Of a stretch of 56,382 nucleotides of DNA, positions 55,901 to 56,382 are shown one piece after another. The first letter of the stretch is position 1; each line of letters starts with the position of its first letter. The position numbers and the translations under genes are program-made. The notes under the pieces were generated by a model. That model was not told where the DNA came from. It was given only the letters and a program-made list of their open reading frames with translations, and did no database searches. Origin of the DNA: a virus (taxonomy: Duplodnaviria; Caudoviricetes); the IMG/VR virus record IMGVR_UViG_3300049454_000030, positions 1-56,382 of that record; one strand, 5' to 3'.

Positions 55901-56382
55901 CGCCGCATCTGCCGCCAAGGCCACGCCGGCCAAGCCAAAGATCACGAGAGCCGCGAAGCAATCCTGGCAAGATGTCAACGGTGGCCTTGGCGAGAAGGGC
56001 CTGTCCGCTGACCAAATTGAACAACGGATTCTCGACGGACGTTTGACTGGTACAGACATTGATGCCATCACCCAGGAACGTGGACTTGCGCTTCCGAAGC
56101 GTGGCACCGTCGCCCAGCGCCGTCGGGCCTTAGCTGAAGGCATTGTCAGTGTTGGCGGTCCCAAAGTTGCGCCAGTCAAGAAGGTCGCCGCCGTTAAAAC
56201 GGCGTCTGTGCCGAAGAAGGCGTTGCCTGGCTACCGTGACACTGGTGAAGTTGTGCCAGAAGCTGACCGAGCTGGTCTACACGTCACCACTCAACGTTGG
56301 GGCGACTACGGCGTTTATGACAGCAAGCAGCATCGAGTGGAAGCTGATCACAAGACTGAGGCTGCCGCACAACGCCGCGTTC
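49953..56382 (+). CDS. giant multidomain virion-associated protein (truncated by window edge): degenerate VIP2/ART-like, HeH-like and NUDT9-like ADP-ribose pyrophosphatase domains
   Basis: starts W.PDLHPRDSKGRF; spot checks at 52830 and 56340 are in the same frame; the ORF track lists no stop-terminated ORF in this frame. Confidence 0.8.
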   Translation, partial: MAIDLSAWKPDLHPRDSKGRFRDKWSLGPKARAFVDKVLASFSPRTFKDDAAVSTHLDSIKKPRSKKQQDAIDLFYTRDGNENIQSTLRANDDDTPVIRELRSSFQPAPDDMIISRVFGPDAFGLPPERIGEVEEWTQQKVLDGGFFPGNVGTPHAVAGPHIEARILIPKGTPILVRGGGTRDVALDPDQPVQLGKFTSDGRGGFYTTGVVTPKSGTGTPPRALGRELRPQDKSPAIEPTPDELARRGLNAEGNPLPEGGQAPGAAPETQAPAAPPIAPEVGAPAAPAGPVKTAGQQLQEAGAEVPVGAGKVVGPDVEVAPRGKIEPRKSIQVMPEEKARQAEVDRREKRIAEAEKQLEARQQRLETLRAETDKRQADVSVQQSRQIEQQQQLIDRLMRMTPAQRREEIGRQQEEAIRRDTRAVGGRRPREGRLLQNPEPPATTPEEEVAAARAQEAALKERTPEAAKKAAKAARERVIAQESQPAGSMERARVERERVAGERQAATRREDVANFRDQNQDQLLPRQRRQVGNLNEADSDTYWTRRSEGQPHARAIKGLDYLTTGRTGPLAGDRGAGRVTPEQRRDVDNLDANALEIYRARRAEGADHRIALREAHQSQLPSTRTTAKRAPRKVAVGPNGEELVGGIAIPRATERRHKQPREDVMAHIASLDKEQKSRLKKNLDKMRGAKSEEDLVRSLKKIDEDDLFDLTNSAGVANSEPGVDAQDKNDYIGRLVRIWQDKIKGKSPATRGQEQSRLTRPARTGPSIPERGGSTGARAFMRREEGNLSPEQSAELNALSSTERVDYWARRADGASHAEAMPSATKAKTFIGNVPSTHGNANPQPEPAKAAKKVTPTVPVKKTAPVRERPPTLTSLRTQAREQKVPGYSRMDRGQLQSALDARKRREGETTEAHVARVAELNAPRKVTKKAAPAAKAVSTEKLAPTKAVTTAQKVAGSRKSRVEAPENYDRFPVPDSKASWGTKFPGYKANKFTADVVKENDETLRPPGNTDPTRYWADPPNVKDVKRPFRSYEGPVKLDGQGRPQNPYTRTGVQDRGELGKWGANFAGDSIVTRVDPDTGRLQMLTIRRKDGQPAIPGGMVDFNEDIWKTRRRELKEETGVDLDMADSREVYKGYVDDPRNTDNAWMETSVGHKHLTPEQAAATGKFKPESNEEIKGVYWADVDPEMIDGLFASHGDFVAMMAEQMLSDKSLSPAERRRLRGTLETRATKKAVAPKKKVLPKAAVKALPDQPERPLAPKKVGKAAVPAKKVSERGQRIRDLRERARADLREQGFDNPSQEMLDEHMAALARNDHQTRDRLRTGGVDRHTVKKTAPVAKKAAPAVGHDILDEKDVGSTIARNNVKDARRDLARGDSLADVADTLRGQADSLRDGDPLTESDMPDRIHHSDEDLRDIALADARNLHRMADELEKVAAKKAAPAKKVTKKATPTKAQLERSAIPDADAQEMLRKAKTVADLNEIAKHYGVRIPSTAGRREERRNFLISQLLRRRGESPAEYRDRIEGLKETRPARVSPAKRIVRGAKAPEARPMRAEALTTGPEPDARVRPNGKIPLSKLRKGDKVLVEKDRNGRWVPATRKTGATTVTVDRVYGIQENGGFRRTTTRKALSGHDNNGNEINVGTEAIVGGQIKGYPGHQTFIFVPEGKAPAKKTAAAAKKATPAVKKAAVAKKTAPFAVGEPVNAQDRGRLDAVDAATARKKVEARAQELFGPERTRGQAWKQALDEHETSQVAQRLRAVKTEEEAITLLAGDKTLTAYKLKKIADELGIDVPESVKAKTSLQLHIAEKVAPAKKTAPSLSSLRKEAKDLRVPDHTVKTRAELERDIPQRRIWNELSGEPNKQHEILRLEGDQRERYYDQRLAGESHEAAVSSAKEIPTGLAPTKTGRRTDQIAARKRLSEERAAEKLATKKATPNTRRLRDQFDKTLVEGVKEEVVKQVEEDHAGETPTQRAARVKKRLAEIDAASAAKATPAKPKITRAAKQSWQDVNGGLGEKGLSADQIEQRILDGRLTGTDIDAITQERGLALPKRGTVAQRRRALAEGIVSVGGPKVAPVKKVAAVKTASVPKKALPGYRDTGEVVPEADRAGLHVTTQRWGDYGVYDSKQHRVEADHKTEAAAQRRV

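Overview
Segment of a large lytic-type actinophage genome (about 60% GC; the DUF397, FxSxx-COOH, I36-inhibitor and LPXTG genes suggest a filamentous actinomycete host). Left: nucleotide and translation accessory genes and a leftward replication/recombination block (prim-pol/D5 helicase, SSB-like, Cas4-like nuclease, two ParB-like proteins). Next is a large terminase split by a one-base frameshift in Walker A. It carries an intein whose HNH endonuclease is encoded in a different reading frame. Centre: 39 recognisable minus-strand tRNAs covering all 20 amino acids, 3 aberrant tRNA-like genes, several structured intergenic RNAs and secreted-protein morons. A Ro60/TROVE gene is preceded by a tandem array of five Y-RNA-like genes, each presenting a different anticodon-like stem-loop. 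A sixth Y/tRNA-mimic module lies in a larger RNA behind a conserved coiled-coil gene. Right: portal, MuF, a prohead protease with an inserted 2H phosphoesterase, and a giant (>2100 aa, truncated) multidomain protein with ART-like and NUDT9-like domains. All calls come from reading the sequence by eye; no database searches were run.
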